Positions 32,895 through 43,662 are shown, counted from the stretch's first letter. The stretch is 64,000 nucleotides of DNA from an uncultured Planctomycetaceae bacterium (GCA_963813715.1 CAWFAK010000005.1:288001-352000); one strand, 5' to 3'. The notes: a model not told the origin generated them from the letters alone. Made by a program: numbers and translations.

Positions 32895-34301
32895 ATGGCT
32901 CTCAACACAGAAAACGCGATCGCAGATGCCGCGTCTGCGGCCAATGTTCCGACCAGCCACCCAGTCGGTTTTTGGTTCTTCTTCTGGGGCGAATTCTCGG
33001 AGCGCTGCTCGTTCTACGGAATGAAGGCCATTCTGCCGGTCTACCTGACCGCCATTCTGGCAATGACCGATGCGACCGCCGGCACCTACATGAACTGGTT
33101 CAAGATGGGGTGCTATGCGCTTCCCCTCTTGGGCGGATTCCTGGCGGACCGGTTCTTCGGCAAATATTGGACGATCGTCGGCTTCTCGATCCCTTACGTG
33201 CTGGGACATTTCGTTCTGGGTATCCCCACGAACAGCGCTCTCTTAATTGCGCTGCTGTTGCTGGCCGGCGGCAGCGGGGTGATCAAGCCGAACATCTCCA
33301 CCCTGATGGGGCTGACCTACGATCAAAAACGCCCCGGGCAGGAGCAATTGCGGGCATCGGCTTTCTTGTGGTTCTATTTCGCGATCAACATTGGGGCCTT
33401 GATTTCGACGTTCACGCTGCCGCTCGTCACCCAACACTTTGGCAACACGCAACATGCGTACGCCATTGCCTTTCAGTTCCCCGCCTGGCTGATGGTAGCT
33501 GCGCTCGTGGTCTTCGCGAGCGGCAAGCGCTTTTACGGCGTGGAACAATACACCTACCGTAAACCGACCCCTGAAGAGCGGGCAGAGCGACGCGCAACGC
33601 TGCTGAAGCTGATGGGCGTGTTCGGCCTGATCTTCTTCTTCTGGCTGGGCTACGAGTTCAACGACAACATCTGGATCTTCTTCACCCGCGACTACGTCGA
33701 CCTCAACGTCGACCTCCGCTGGATTGGCCTGGGCGACCACGTTGAGCTGGCACAGCTGCAAGTGGTCAATCCCGCGTGCGTGATGATCTTCGCTCCGCTG
33801 TTTGCCTGGCTCTTTAAAGCACTCGACCCCCGCGGGCGGATCTTTACCGCGGGCAACAAGATGCTCGCCGGCTTTTTGTTCAGCGTGGCCTCATCGGCCA
33901 CGATGGCGATTGCCGCCCTGCTGGCGTCGGGCGTTCACACGATGGATGCACCGCACAAAGTTTCGATCGCCTGGCCGGTGATGGCCTTCGTGTTTTTGAC
34001 CATCGCGGAAGTGCTCATCTACGGCACCGGGCTTGAGTATTCCTACGCCGCGGCGCCGCCCACCATGAAGGGCTTCGTCACGGGTTGCTTCCTGGCCATC
34101 GACGCCGTGGCCAACTTTGCAGACGGGTTTCTCACGCATCTTTACGGAGGCTCGCTGGTGGGTCCGGCCAATAGCCGTGGACCGCTCTCGGCCTTCGCAT
34201 TTTTCGGTTCGACGGCGCTTGTCGTGTTGGGTGCGACGGTTCTGTTTTTCTTCGTCGCCCGGCGAATGAACCGCGACATGCAAACTTCATCCACTTCGTG
34301 A
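32895..34301 (+). CDS. POT/PTR-family proton-dependent oligopeptide transporter
   Basis: EFSERCSFYGM (ExxER), GGFLADRFFG, GVIKPNIS and FYFAINIG motifs. Confidence 0.93.
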   Translation: MALNTENAIADAASAANVPTSHPVGFWFFFWGEFSERCSFYGMKAILPVYLTAILAMTDATAGTYMNWFKMGCYALPLLGGFLADRFFGKYWTIVGFSIPYVLGHFVLGIPTNSALLIALLLLAGGSGVIKPNISTLMGLTYDQKRPGQEQLRASAFLWFYFAINIGALISTFTLPLVTQHFGNTQHAYAIAFQFPAWLMVAALVVFASGKRFYGVEQYTYRKPTPEERAERRATLLKLMGVFGLIFFFWLGYEFNDNIWIFFTRDYVDLNVDLRWIGLGDHVELAQLQVVNPACVMIFAPLFAWLFKALDPRGRIFTAGNKMLAGFLFSVASSATMAIAALLASGVHTMDAPHKVSIAWPVMAFVFLTIAEVLIYGTGLEYSYAAAPPTMKGFVTGCFLAIDAVANFADGFLTHLYGGSLVGPANSRGPLSAFAFFGSTALVVLGATVLFFFVARRMNRDMQTSSTS

Positions 34302-34311
34302 ATGGGAACAC

Positions 34312-36407
34312 ATGATGACGTCCGCGATTCGTCACTGTTCGCGTCTGGGAATCATCCTTGCTGTTCTGACGGCAGCCCACTGCCAGCCGGCCTCGGCCGA
34401 CGAGGGCATGTGGCTCTTCAATCGCCCACCAAAACAGATTCTCAAGGAACGCTACAGCTTCGAGCCGACGAAGGAGTGGTTGGACCACGTGCAGCGCGCC
34501 TCGGTCCGCTTCAACAGCGGCGGGTCGGGGTCGTTCATTTCGGCCGACGGCCTCGTGATGACCAATCACCACGTCGGTGCCGATGCCTTGCAGAAAATGA
34601 GCGACACCAAGCACAACTATCTGAAGGAGGGCTTCTACGCCAAATCCCGCGATGAGGAAAAGAAGTGCCTCGACCTCGAGCTGAACGTGCTCGACAGCAT
34701 CGAGGATGTAACAGACCGCGTGAACGCGGCCGTCAAGACGGGGATGAGTTCCGAGCAGGCGGTCATCGCCCGCCGAGCCGCCACGAACGAGATCGAGAAC
34801 GAGTCGAAAAAGAAGACCGGCTTGCGTAGCGACGTGATCACGCTCTACCAGGGGGGTGAATACGACCTGTATCGCTATAAGCAATACACCGACGTTCGTC
34901 TCGTCTTCGCGCCAGAGCAGCAGGCCGCCTTTTACGGCGGCGACCCGGACAACTTCGAGTATCCGCGATACGACCTCGATTGCTGTTTCTTCCGCGTCTA
35001 CGAAAACAACAAGCCGGTCCAGGGACAGGAGTTTTTCAAGTGGAGCGCGAAGGCGCGGCGGACAACGAGCTGATCTTCGTCTCGGGAAATCCCGGGCGGA
35101 CGAATCGTCTCGATACGGTCGACGCGCTGCGTTACCAGCGGGATATCTCATACCCCTTCACCCTCAACCGGCTCTACAATCTCGAGGTGTTGCTGACCGC
35201 GTGGGGGGCCCGCTCGGAGGAGAACGCTCGCCGTGCGCGGGAGACCTTCTTTGGCGTGGCCAATAGCCGCAAGGCTCGCGACGGAGGATTGGCCGGGCTC
35301 CTCGATCCGGCTGTCTTTGCTCAGAAGCGCGAATCCGAAAAACAGCTGCGGACAGCGGTCGAGCACCACTCCGACATGGCGGCTACCGTGACCGCTTGGG
35401 ATCGCATCGCCGAGGCGCAAAAAGTTCGCGCTCGCTTACTGCACACCTATTCGTCGCTGGAGCGAGGACTGGGCTTCGACAGCACACTCTTCACGATCGC
35501 GCGGTCGCTAGTCCGCGTCGGCGATGAAAAGGCCAAGCCGGAACGCGAGCGGCTTCGCGAATACACGGACTCCCATCGCTCGTCGTTGGAGCTCCAACTG
35601 TTCTCCGAAGAGCCGATCTACGCGGACTACGAGATCGTCAAGCTGACGAATTCTCTCACTTGGCTCTCATCGCAGCTCTTGGGAGACCGGAAGCTCTACA
35701 GGCAAATCATGGGCGACAAGTCGCCCGCCGACCGGGCGGCCGAGCTCGTGCACAACTCCAAGCTCGACAGCGTCGAGCTGCGCAAGAAGCTCTACGAAGG
35801 CGGCAAGACCGCCGTCGACGCGTCGAGCGACCCGATGATTCTCTTGGCCCGCCTTGTGGACCCGGCGTCCCGCGCCGTGCGCAAGCAAATGGAGTCGCAA
35901 GTTGACGAAGTCGAGCGCCAGGCCTATGGCCAGATCGCCAAGGCGAAATACGAACTCGAGGGCAAGAACACCTATCCCGACGCGACTTTTACGCTGCGAC
36001 TCGCCTTCGGCACCGTGAAGGGCTACGAAGAGCAGGGGAAACACATCCCCTTCGAGACGCACTTCGCCGGCCTGTACGACCGCGCCCAGGAACACCACGA
36101 CAAAGAGCCGTTCGACTTGCCGAAGCGCTGGGTCGAGCGGAAGTACAAGCTCGACCTGAGCACCCCGTTCAACTTCGTGTGCACGGCCGACATTATCGGC
36201 GGTAACTCGGGGAGCCCGGTGATCAACAAGGACGCCGAAATCGTCGGCCTGATCTTCGACGGCAACATTCAGTCACTGGTGCTCGACTTCGTTTACACCG
36301 ACAAGGAGGCTCGGGCAGTAGCCGTGCACTCGCTGGCACTGACGGAGGCCCTTCGCAAAGTTTACGAAGCGGGCGCCCTCGCCGATGAAATCATGGGGAC
36401 CCACTAG
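34312..36407 (+). CDS. S46-family dipeptidyl peptidase; frameshift near 35052
   Basis: ADEGMW, TNHHV, GGDPDNFEYPR, YPDATFTLR and DIIGGNSGSP motifs. Confidence 0.93.
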
Positions 36408-36426
36408 ATACCAACGCAGGGCAACC

Positions 36427-37470
36427 ATGGCTCGGGCCCTGGATAGGTCGCACCCGCTACTGCCAAACACTTTACCGCCAACCCTCGTCTCGCGACGACG
36501 GTTTCTGGCGGCGGCTAGCATCGGTGTGCTCGGGGGGTTGGCCAAACCGACTTTCGCCGAAGAGAGCCCGCCGCCGCGTTTCGTGTTGCAGTGGGGTCAC
36601 CAGGGGACGGCCTCAGGTGAATTCAGCGCGAACGTCGGCCTCGCGATCGGCCGGGACGATGTGATCTATACGTGCGAATTCCGCAACCGTCGCGTCCAGC
36701 GGTTCACGTCCGATGGGAAGTTTCTCGGCACGTTTCCCGTGGATCTTTTTCCGGGCGGGCTGGCCGTCGATGGGCCGGGCAACGTTTACGTGGGCCATTG
36801 GAACAGCAACAAGGTCGCGGCCTATTCGCCCTCCGGCAAACTCTTGCACGAATGGGGCCGCAAGGGAACGAGCGACGGCGAGTTCCAACTTCCTGGGTCC
36901 GTGGCGCTCGGCCCGGACGGCCTCTTGTATGTGCCCGACCAGGGAAACAGTCGGATCCAGAAGTTCACGACGGAGGGCAAGTTCGTCGCTAAGTGGGGTG
37001 GCCACGGCAAGGAGCCCGGGCAGTTCGGCGGCAATCAGTCTCCGGGCAGCCGTTTTGCGGGCCCGCAATTTGTCGCCTTCGACGCGGCGGGCAACGTGTA
37101 TGCCACCGACGCCGACTTGAATCGGGTCCAGAAGTTCACGTCTGATGGCAAGCTGCTGGCCCACTGGGGCAACCGCGGTTCGGAGCCGGGTGGGTTTGGT
37201 CCGCCGCCGCTACAGAAAAACGGCAAGCCCACCCCGGTCGGTGGGCCCATCGGCATCTGCGTCGATCGGCAGAACCGAGTTTGGGTCAGCGCCACCAACA
37301 GTCGGGTGCAGCAGTTCACCGACACCGGTCGCTACTTGCGCGGAATTGGCGGCTTGGGCTCCGATCCGGGTCGCTTCCGTGTCCCGCACGCGCTGGCAAT
37401 CGACAGCGGCGGCTTTCTCTACGTTTCTGACACGATGAACGGCCGCGTGCAGAAGTTCGACGTCGGCTGA
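36427..37470 (+). CDS. NHL-repeat beta-propeller protein with Tat-like signal
   Basis: SRRRFL motif; repeated G-x-F-x-x-P...YV-x-D-x-x-N-x-RVQKF units. Confidence 0.9.
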   Translation: MARALDRSHPLLPNTLPPTLVSRRRFLAAASIGVLGGLAKPTFAEESPPPRFVLQWGHQGTASGEFSANVGLAIGRDDVIYTCEFRNRRVQRFTSDGKFLGTFPVDLFPGGLAVDGPGNVYVGHWNSNKVAAYSPSGKLLHEWGRKGTSDGEFQLPGSVALGPDGLLYVPDQGNSRIQKFTTEGKFVAKWGGHGKEPGQFGGNQSPGSRFAGPQFVAFDAAGNVYATDADLNRVQKFTSDGKLLAHWGNRGSEPGGFGPPPLQKNGKPTPVGGPIGICVDRQNRVWVSATNSRVQQFTDTGRYLRGIGGLGSDPGRFRVPHALAIDSGGFLYVSDTMNGRVQKFDVG

Positions 37471-37604
37471 TCGCTCAATGCCCCGGCGAGCGTCGGGTGT
37501 CAGCCCGACGCTGTTCCTTTCGATCGGTTATCGAGAGGGTGCGCGCCGCACCAAAAAAGGAAGCACCCGACAGCTTACGCAGGGCGGCTCGCCGGCGCTT
37601 CTTG

Positions 37605-38879
37605 TCAGGTCGTGCGGCGATGGCTGCGTTTCGTGGTCGCGCACACATCGACCACGCGGCCGACGTCCGACAGCGCAACGTGGAAGCGTTCCTTGCCTTC
37701 GATGCGGTGCACCGACATGTGGTACGACTGATCCGACACTGCGAGGTACGGACGCTGCTGGGGAGTCTTGGGTCGACGGAGCTTGCCCCACGAGCCGTCT
37801 CCCAGGTAGACGATGCCGTTGTCGTTCACACGCCCGTCCAGCATGGGATGCGTGCGTTTGAACGTGTGGTCGTGGTGTTCGAAGACGGCGTCGACGTTGT
37901 ATCGTTCGAATAGCGGGCACCAATACTTGCGCTGGTCGGCTCCGACCCCCGCGTCCTCCTGCCCGTCGAAGGCATAGGGTCGGTAGGAGGGGTACGCCGG
38001 CACGTGATTGAAGACAAACAGCGTCGGGTATTCCTCGCGCTCCTTGAGCGTGCCCGCCAGCCAATCGGTCTGGGGCCCTTTGACCGGCGTGGTGTGGCCG
38101 GTGTCGAGAAAGATCATCGACAGATAATCGCCAAAATCGAGCTTTGCGTAGCCCGTGTCGGTAAACAGCCCGTCAAACAGCGCGTAAAAGAACGGAGCCG
38201 CTTGGCGCGCCTTTTGATAACCACCATCGACCTCGTGATTCCCGATGCAGGCCAGCATGGGGATCAGGCGGCCTTTATCGTCCTTCAGGTCGCGGGCGTA
38301 GTTCTTGATGTATTGGTAAAAGATCGCAGGGTTCCTCCCGTCCTCGTAGGCCAGATCCCCGCCGACGACTACGAACTGCGGCGATTGAGCGGCCGCCACG
38401 TGATTGTTGCTGATGGCATGCTTGCCCACGCCGCTGTCGCCGCCCGACACAAAGTGAATCGTATTGGTCGCCTTGGCCGGCATCGTGCGGAACCGCTGCT
38501 CGGCCGAGTCGAGACCGACGCGAAAACGATAGTCGGTGTCGGGATCGAGACCGGTCAGTTCGGTGCGGAAGATCCACCGGTCGGTGAGCGGAAACTTTCG
38601 CGACTTGCTCGGCAGACTGCGCCACTCTTCCGACCGATCCTTCGCGTACCAGACCGGCCGTGTGAGGCCGTCCTTCTCGTTGTCACCGATCCATTGCACG
38701 GTCATCGTGGTTGTCGGATCGTGCTGCCACGTCAGGAACAGAGCAGTTGGGTCAAAGCTCGGGTGAGGCGCAAAGGCCGGTTTGGTTTCAGTCGGACCGG
38801 CCAAGAGAGAGCTGGCATAGCCGCAACCAGCCAGCAACGAAGCCGACTGGAGAAAATGACGCCGATTGAGATCGATCAT
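37605..38879 (-). CDS. Purple-acid-phosphatase-like metallophosphoesterase, Tat-exported
   Basis: NRRHFL Tat motif, FN3-like N-domain, GGD, GGDLAY, GNHE and HHDH motifs. Confidence 0.9.
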   Translation of the reverse strand: MIDLNRRHFLQSASLLAGCGYASSLLAGPTETKPAFAPHPSFDPTALFLTWQHDPTTTMTVQWIGDNEKDGLTRPVWYAKDRSEEWRSLPSKSRKFPLTDRWIFRTELTGLDPDTDYRFRVGLDSAEQRFRTMPAKATNTIHFVSGGDSGVGKHAISNNHVAAAQSPQFVVVGGDLAYEDGRNPAIFYQYIKNYARDLKDDKGRLIPMLACIGNHEVDGGYQKARQAAPFFYALFDGLFTDTGYAKLDFGDYLSMIFLDTGHTTPVKGPQTDWLAGTLKEREEYPTLFVFNHVPAYPSYRPYAFDGQEDAGVGADQRKYWCPLFERYNVDAVFEHHDHTFKRTHPMLDGRVNDNGIVYLGDGSWGKLRRPKTPQQRPYLAVSDQSYHMSVHRIEGKERFHVALSDVGRVVDVCATTKRSHRRTT

Positions 38880-39075
38880 CGCAGCCCCTCGCCTGAGGTA
38901 AGAATGGAGAGTGATTCCCGAGACCACGGTGGGTGACGGCAGTGTGGTGCCGTCATCTGTATCAGCCGGCCGCACACGCTTCAACGGCTCGCGTTAAGGC
39001 GGCTTCACGAAGAGCCGTCGCAGAAATAGCGCAGCGGGATCCTGCGGTGGCCGCGTGTACCGTCCGAGCTGGCGC

Positions 39076-39116
39076 TTGGACTGACAGAATCGTGCGCTTA
39101 TATTGGCAGGATCGTG
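39076..39116 (+). promoter_or_regulatory. Candidate sigma70 promoter overlapped by a 13-bp direct repeat
   Basis: TTGGAC-17 bp-TATATT; TGACAGAATCGTG (39082-39094) and TGGCAGGATCGTG (39104-39116). Confidence 0.5.
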
Positions 39117-40223
39117 TCCGATTTGCTCCCTTCTGACGAATTCGGCCTGGGCGGCCTGCGACCGGGACAACGCGTGCGCGGCGAACGCACTCGTCGCGGC
39201 TGGTCTCAGTCGGAGCTGGCACGCCGGGCGGGCATCTCGCGAGCCGCCGTCAGCGCGATCGAGATCGACCGCTTATCCCCGTCGGTCACGGCTGCGATGG
39301 CACTTGCGGAGTGTTTCGGCCGCTCGGTCGAGGAACTCTTCGGGAATGGGCACTCGGCCGAATCGCCGCACTGGGCCTGGCCACCACAGCGTCCCCGTGT
39401 TCGCTATTGGCGGGCCGAAGTGGATGGGCAGCTGCTCGCGTTTCCCATCGAAGAGCCAGTGTCGACCGAATATGCTCACGACGGCGTCTTCGCCGACGGG
39501 ACCGATCGCTGCCTGCCCGAGGAGTCTCCCTCGCGGACGCTGGTGGTGGCCTGTTGCGATCCCGCTGCCGGCCTGCTCGCGTCGCAATTCGCCCGCATGA
39601 CCGGCATGCGGATGATTGTGCTGGGACGTTCGAGCACAGCGGCCCTCGAGCTGCTTGCGGAAAATCGGGTGCACGTGGCCGGCATTCATCTGTGTGCCGC
39701 CGGGGAAGGTTCCGGCAACGCGGGTGTTGTCGCGAGAGAACTGGGCAAATCGGCGGGACTGCTGCGAGTCGCTCGTTGGGAGGAAGGGATCGCGTTTCGC
39801 AATCAGCGCGAGCGCTCGACGCTACAAAGCCTGCTCCGGAAGCGGATCCGATGGGTGGGGCGCGAGCCCGGCTCGGGCGCCGAACAGTGCCAGCAAGAGG
39901 TGCTCGGCGTGACGCGGCGGCCCGTGCGCCTGGCCCGCGATCATCGCGGAGTGGCCGAGGCTTTGCGGAGCGGCTGGGCCGATGCGGGCGTCTGCCTCCG
40001 TCTGGCGAGCGAAGAGGCGGGGCTCGAATTCCTCTCAGTTCGACGCGAAGACTATGATCTGGTTTTCCCTCGATCACTGCAGGACGATCCGCGTCTCAAA
40101 GCGCTGGTACGCGTCGTCCGGAGCGCAGCCTATCGGCGGCTGCTCGGCGACCTGCCTGGTTACGACGCCGCCCAAACCGGCGAACTCGAATGGACGACCG
40201 CCGGCAGCTCTCGTTCGCGCTGA
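39114..40223 (+). CDS. XRE-HTH regulator with C-terminal PBP-like (molybdate/oxyanion-binding type) domain
   Basis: WSQSELARRAGISRAAVSAIE; SSTAALELL...HVAGIH, REPGSGA and EDYDLV motifs. Confidence 0.88.
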   Translation: MSDLLPSDEFGLGGLRPGQRVRGERTRRGWSQSELARRAGISRAAVSAIEIDRLSPSVTAAMALAECFGRSVEELFGNGHSAESPHWAWPPQRPRVRYWRAEVDGQLLAFPIEEPVSTEYAHDGVFADGTDRCLPEESPSRTLVVACCDPAAGLLASQFARMTGMRMIVLGRSSTAALELLAENRVHVAGIHLCAAGEGSGNAGVVARELGKSAGLLRVARWEEGIAFRNQRERSTLQSLLRKRIRWVGREPGSGAEQCQQEVLGVTRRPVRLARDHRGVAEALRSGWADAGVCLRLASEEAGLEFLSVRREDYDLVFPRSLQDDPRLKALVRVVRSAAYRRLLGDLPGYDAAQTGELEWTTAGSSRSR

Positions 40224-40240
40224 ACCGGTGTGACCCAGCT

Positions 40241-42117
40241 TTATGTAGCGGCTGTCTTCGTGCGCGCGTTCCCTGTTTCCGTACACACGATCAATTCGAT
40301 GCGCTCGGGCAGATGCCGCTGCACGTACTTGAGAATGTTGCCTTTGACGGCGCGCCAAAGCCGTCCGTGCTGGGGAGCCGCAAGAATCAGCGTGTCTGCC
40401 TCCAACCCGGTCGCCAGGCTGAGGATCGCGCGGGCCACGTTGCGGGCGACGGCATAGTCCGAATGGACCGTCACGCCGCTCCCCTCTGATTCCCGAGCGA
40501 CGATCCCGAAGAACTTCTTCGCGGCCGGATCGGCCTCGTAATCCGGCGTGCTGGGCGTGCCAAGAGCAGGCACAGCCAGATTTCGGATGAAGACCACGAA
40601 GAGTTCGGCCTTTTGGCGTTTGGCCCGCTCGAGCGCGAAGCGAAACGTCGGCACGCTGCCGCGCGTGGTCAATAAGATGCGGCCGCCCGTGCGAGTTGGA
40701 TTCAGCGATTCCGTTTCGTGAATCGGCTCGATCACGGCGCCGGAGACGGACGGGAGCGCCGTCGCGCTAACCGTCGCCGGCTGCGGCGCGGGAGTTGGGA
40801 AAAGCAGTCGCGCCGAGCTGAACTCTTCCAGGATCCAATTTCGCATGTCGTCGCGATGTCTAAAGAGATAGCGGGCTGTGAGGCCGACGACCAGAATGCA
40901 GGTCGCAAAAATCAGCGCGTGCGGCTTCTCGATGGCAATGGTGATCCAAATCCCCGTCATCACGACGGCGATCACGCCCATGCCGATCCGCTGCACTCGC
41001 GTCAGCGCGACCTGAAAATTCGTGGCGCAGGACCCGAGGTTGATCGCCACCGCTCCCACCACGCCGATCGCGTACAGGTCGGCCAATTGTTCGACGTCGG
41101 AAATCGCGACCAAAATCGCGACGGGAAACAGCGTCGCCAAGATCAGCGGCAGGACGGGCATGCCCCACGTGTTGAGCAGACCCAAGTGAGCTGGAAGCTC
41201 CTTGTCGCGGGCCATCATGAACTGAATGCTGACGAGGTCCGTGATGGCGGTGTTTGCCGCCGAGAGCAACAGCATCGCGAAGACGATCGCGGCGACCGCG
41301 GCAAACCCTGGACCGACGTAATAAGCCGCGATCGTCCGCAGCATGTCGTCCCGATGCGCAGAATAGGCGTTCTCGGGGTTACCATCGCCCAAGACGTCCA
41401 GCGGCATCGCTAACATGGCAACCGTGAGCACGAGGTTCAGGACGACAATCTCGACGAGCACGGAATAGATCGACTTGGCGGAGGTCTTTTCGACCGGTTC
41501 GACCATCAGGCCGGTCATGTTGGCAATCGCCTCCACGCCCGAGATGGCCAGAATCAGCGAAGTGAACTGCACCCACCAATGCAACGGGCTGCCCTCGGGA
41601 TGCGAGACGTGCGCCTTGCCGAGCGACGGCACGGCCCAGAGCCCGATCACCAGCGTCAGCGCGACCGTCGCGAGCGCCACAACGAGCGCGCAGCGCTCCG
41701 GATTTCTTCGGGCCGAGATAGTTGACGGCTCCAATCGCGATCAGCGCCTCCGATCGAAAACACCACCGGCTGTCCCACATTGAGGTAATGAAACGCGTCG
41801 AGTGCGGAGATGGCTGCCGTCACCAGGTAGTCGGCACACAACAGCAATCCGCCGATGACCGCGAGAGTCGGCGAGCGATGGCGGGCAGACGAATAAACGC
41901 CCCCGCCGTCCGGATAGATGCGGCAAATGTTTTGGTAAGCCCAGCCGACCGCGATCAGGATCACGGACATGGCCACCATGTACCAGAGTGCGGCATGCCG
42001 CGTGTAATAGAAGGCCAACCCCAGCACGTAGAGCCGGCTGGTCCCCCAGTCGCCGAAAAGCATTGGCCCGGCGTGGTACCAGTGGAGTTCTCGCGGGCGC
42101 TTACCTTCGACGAGCAT
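40241..42117 (-). CDS. APC-family permease with C-terminal USP-like domain; indels near 41690-41770
   Basis: GDWGTSRLY, PDGGGVYS, SGVEAIAN and LYAIGVVGA; C-terminal ADTLILAAP...GNILKYV. Confidence 0.87.
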
Positions 42118-42183
42118 CGTTGGTCCGGATCTCGTTGAGGAAAATCGGTTGGAAACAGTCGATCGCCGAGCGGCGTCCCGGTC

Positions 42184-42198
42184 GCGATTCTCGTGCCA
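42184..42198 (-). promoter_or_regulatory. Candidate sigma54 (-24/-12) promoter of the APC-USP gene
   Basis: Minus strand reads TGGCACGAGAATCGC (TGGCAC, GG-N10-GC), about 65 bp upstream of the ATG at 42117. Confidence 0.6.
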
Positions 42199-42432
42199 CC
42201 CCGCCCGCGAACGCAATACGCTCGCGTGAAATCTGTGCTCAAACCAGCCGGAATTCCGACTCGGCTCGGCTCCGTTCGCTCCGGTGGTCGTTCGAAAGGC
42301 CAAACTTCCGAACGGCGGTCCTTGGGGACGCCCGGTCGCCTGCCTATACTTGGAATGGAATCTGCACTTGTCAATTTATGGCGGCCGCGGCCCGCTCGTC
42401 TCAAGTCAGTCACCAGCCGAAGGATTCGATCG

Positions 42433-43572
42433 ATGAAGCCCAATCGCCCGGCGATTTTCGCGATTGCCCTCGGTGTGGCCGCGGCCCTCGCCGCCCAATC
42501 GGCGTTGGGCGCCGATCAAAAATTCGGCCCCGACGCGCAGAAATTGTCCGAAGCTCAACACCGGGGCATCGAATTCCTCAAGGCCAGTCAGGCCGACGAT
42601 GGCACCTGGACTTCAAACACCTCCACTGGCGTAACCGCCCTGGCGATCACCGCGCTCTTGAAGAGCGGCGTGCCAATGACCGATCGGACCGTCGTGAAAG
42701 GGCTGGCGGCACTCGAAAAGTACGTGCAGAAGGACGGGGGGATCTACCACCCGAAAACGTCTCACAAAAACTACGAAACGTGCGTGGCCGTGGTCGCGTT
42801 TAAGACGGCCGACGGAGATGGCCGCTATGACCAGCTCCTCGCGCGAGCCGACAAGTTTCTCCGCGGGTTGCAATGGGACGAGGAAGAGGGGATCGACAAG
42901 TCGGACCTGCGTTACGGCGGGGCGGATTACGGTCCCTCGAAACAACGGCCCGACCTGTCGAACACACAGTTCCTGCTCGATGCACTCAAAGCGATGGGAG
43001 CCAAGGACGACGATCCGAACGTTCAAAAGGCACTGATTTTCGTTTCTCGCTGCCAAAACCTGGAATCGCCCTACAACCAGTCGCCGTTGGCCGCCAAGGT
43101 GAACGACGGCGGATTCATTTACACCGTGGCGGCGGGGGGTTCGTCGCCGGCCGGCAAGACCGCCAACGGTGGCCTGCGTTCGTACGGATCGATGACCTAC
43201 GCGGGTCTCAAGAGCATGATCTACGCCGGCCTGACCGCGAAGGATCCCCGCGTGAAGGCGGCCTCGGAATGGATTCGCGCCCATTACACAGTGGAAGAAA
43301 ATCCAGGCATGGGTCAACAGGGGCTCTATTACTACTTGGACACGTTCGCCAAGACCTTGTCGGTTTTGAAGCTCGACGAGTTCGAGGACGCCGCTGGACA
43401 CAAGCACGATTGGCGCAAGGATCTTGCCGACGAACTCTTTCACTTGCAGCAGAAAAACGGGAGCTGGGTCAATTTAAAAGAGCGCTGGCTCGAAGGAGAT
43501 CCCAGCCTGGCCACAGCGTACGCACTTCTGGCCCTGCAGCACTGCGAGCCGGTGAGCAACGGTCACGGCTAA
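42433..43572 (+). CDS. Exported prenyltransferase/squalene-oxidase-repeat protein
   Basis: Signal peptide; QW-like repeats QADDGTW, QKDGGI and QQKNGSW; PDLSNT motif. Confidence 0.85.
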   Translation: MKPNRPAIFAIALGVAAALAAQSALGADQKFGPDAQKLSEAQHRGIEFLKASQADDGTWTSNTSTGVTALAITALLKSGVPMTDRTVVKGLAALEKYVQKDGGIYHPKTSHKNYETCVAVVAFKTADGDGRYDQLLARADKFLRGLQWDEEEGIDKSDLRYGGADYGPSKQRPDLSNTQFLLDALKAMGAKDDDPNVQKALIFVSRCQNLESPYNQSPLAAKVNDGGFIYTVAAGGSSPAGKTANGGLRSYGSMTYAGLKSMIYAGLTAKDPRVKAASEWIRAHYTVEENPGMGQQGLYYYLDTFAKTLSVLKLDEFEDAAGHKHDWRKDLADELFHLQQKNGSWVNLKERWLEGDPSLATAYALLALQHCEPVSNGHG

Positions 43573-43577
43573 GGCCC

Positions 43578-43662
43578 TCAATTCGGATCGCCGGGGGGGC
43601 TCTGTATCAATTCGGGTCGCCGGGAGGCTCCGTCTCAATTCGGGTCGCCTGGAGGCTCCACG
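43578..43662. repeat. Three tandem 28-29 bp repeats overlapping the 3' end of the minus-strand gene
   Basis: Units start at 43578, 43607 and 43635; consensus TCAATTCGGGTCGCCGGGAGGCTCCGT. Confidence 0.9.

Noticed and set aside
42118..42432. c-di-AMP riboswitch ahead of the APC-USP transporter
   Set aside because: The conserved GCTGAATCC/GGGGGAACC segments are not visible on the minus strand.
43578..43662. Mini CRISPR array
   Set aside because: The repeats abut with no spacers, one copy is coding sequence, and no cas genes are present.
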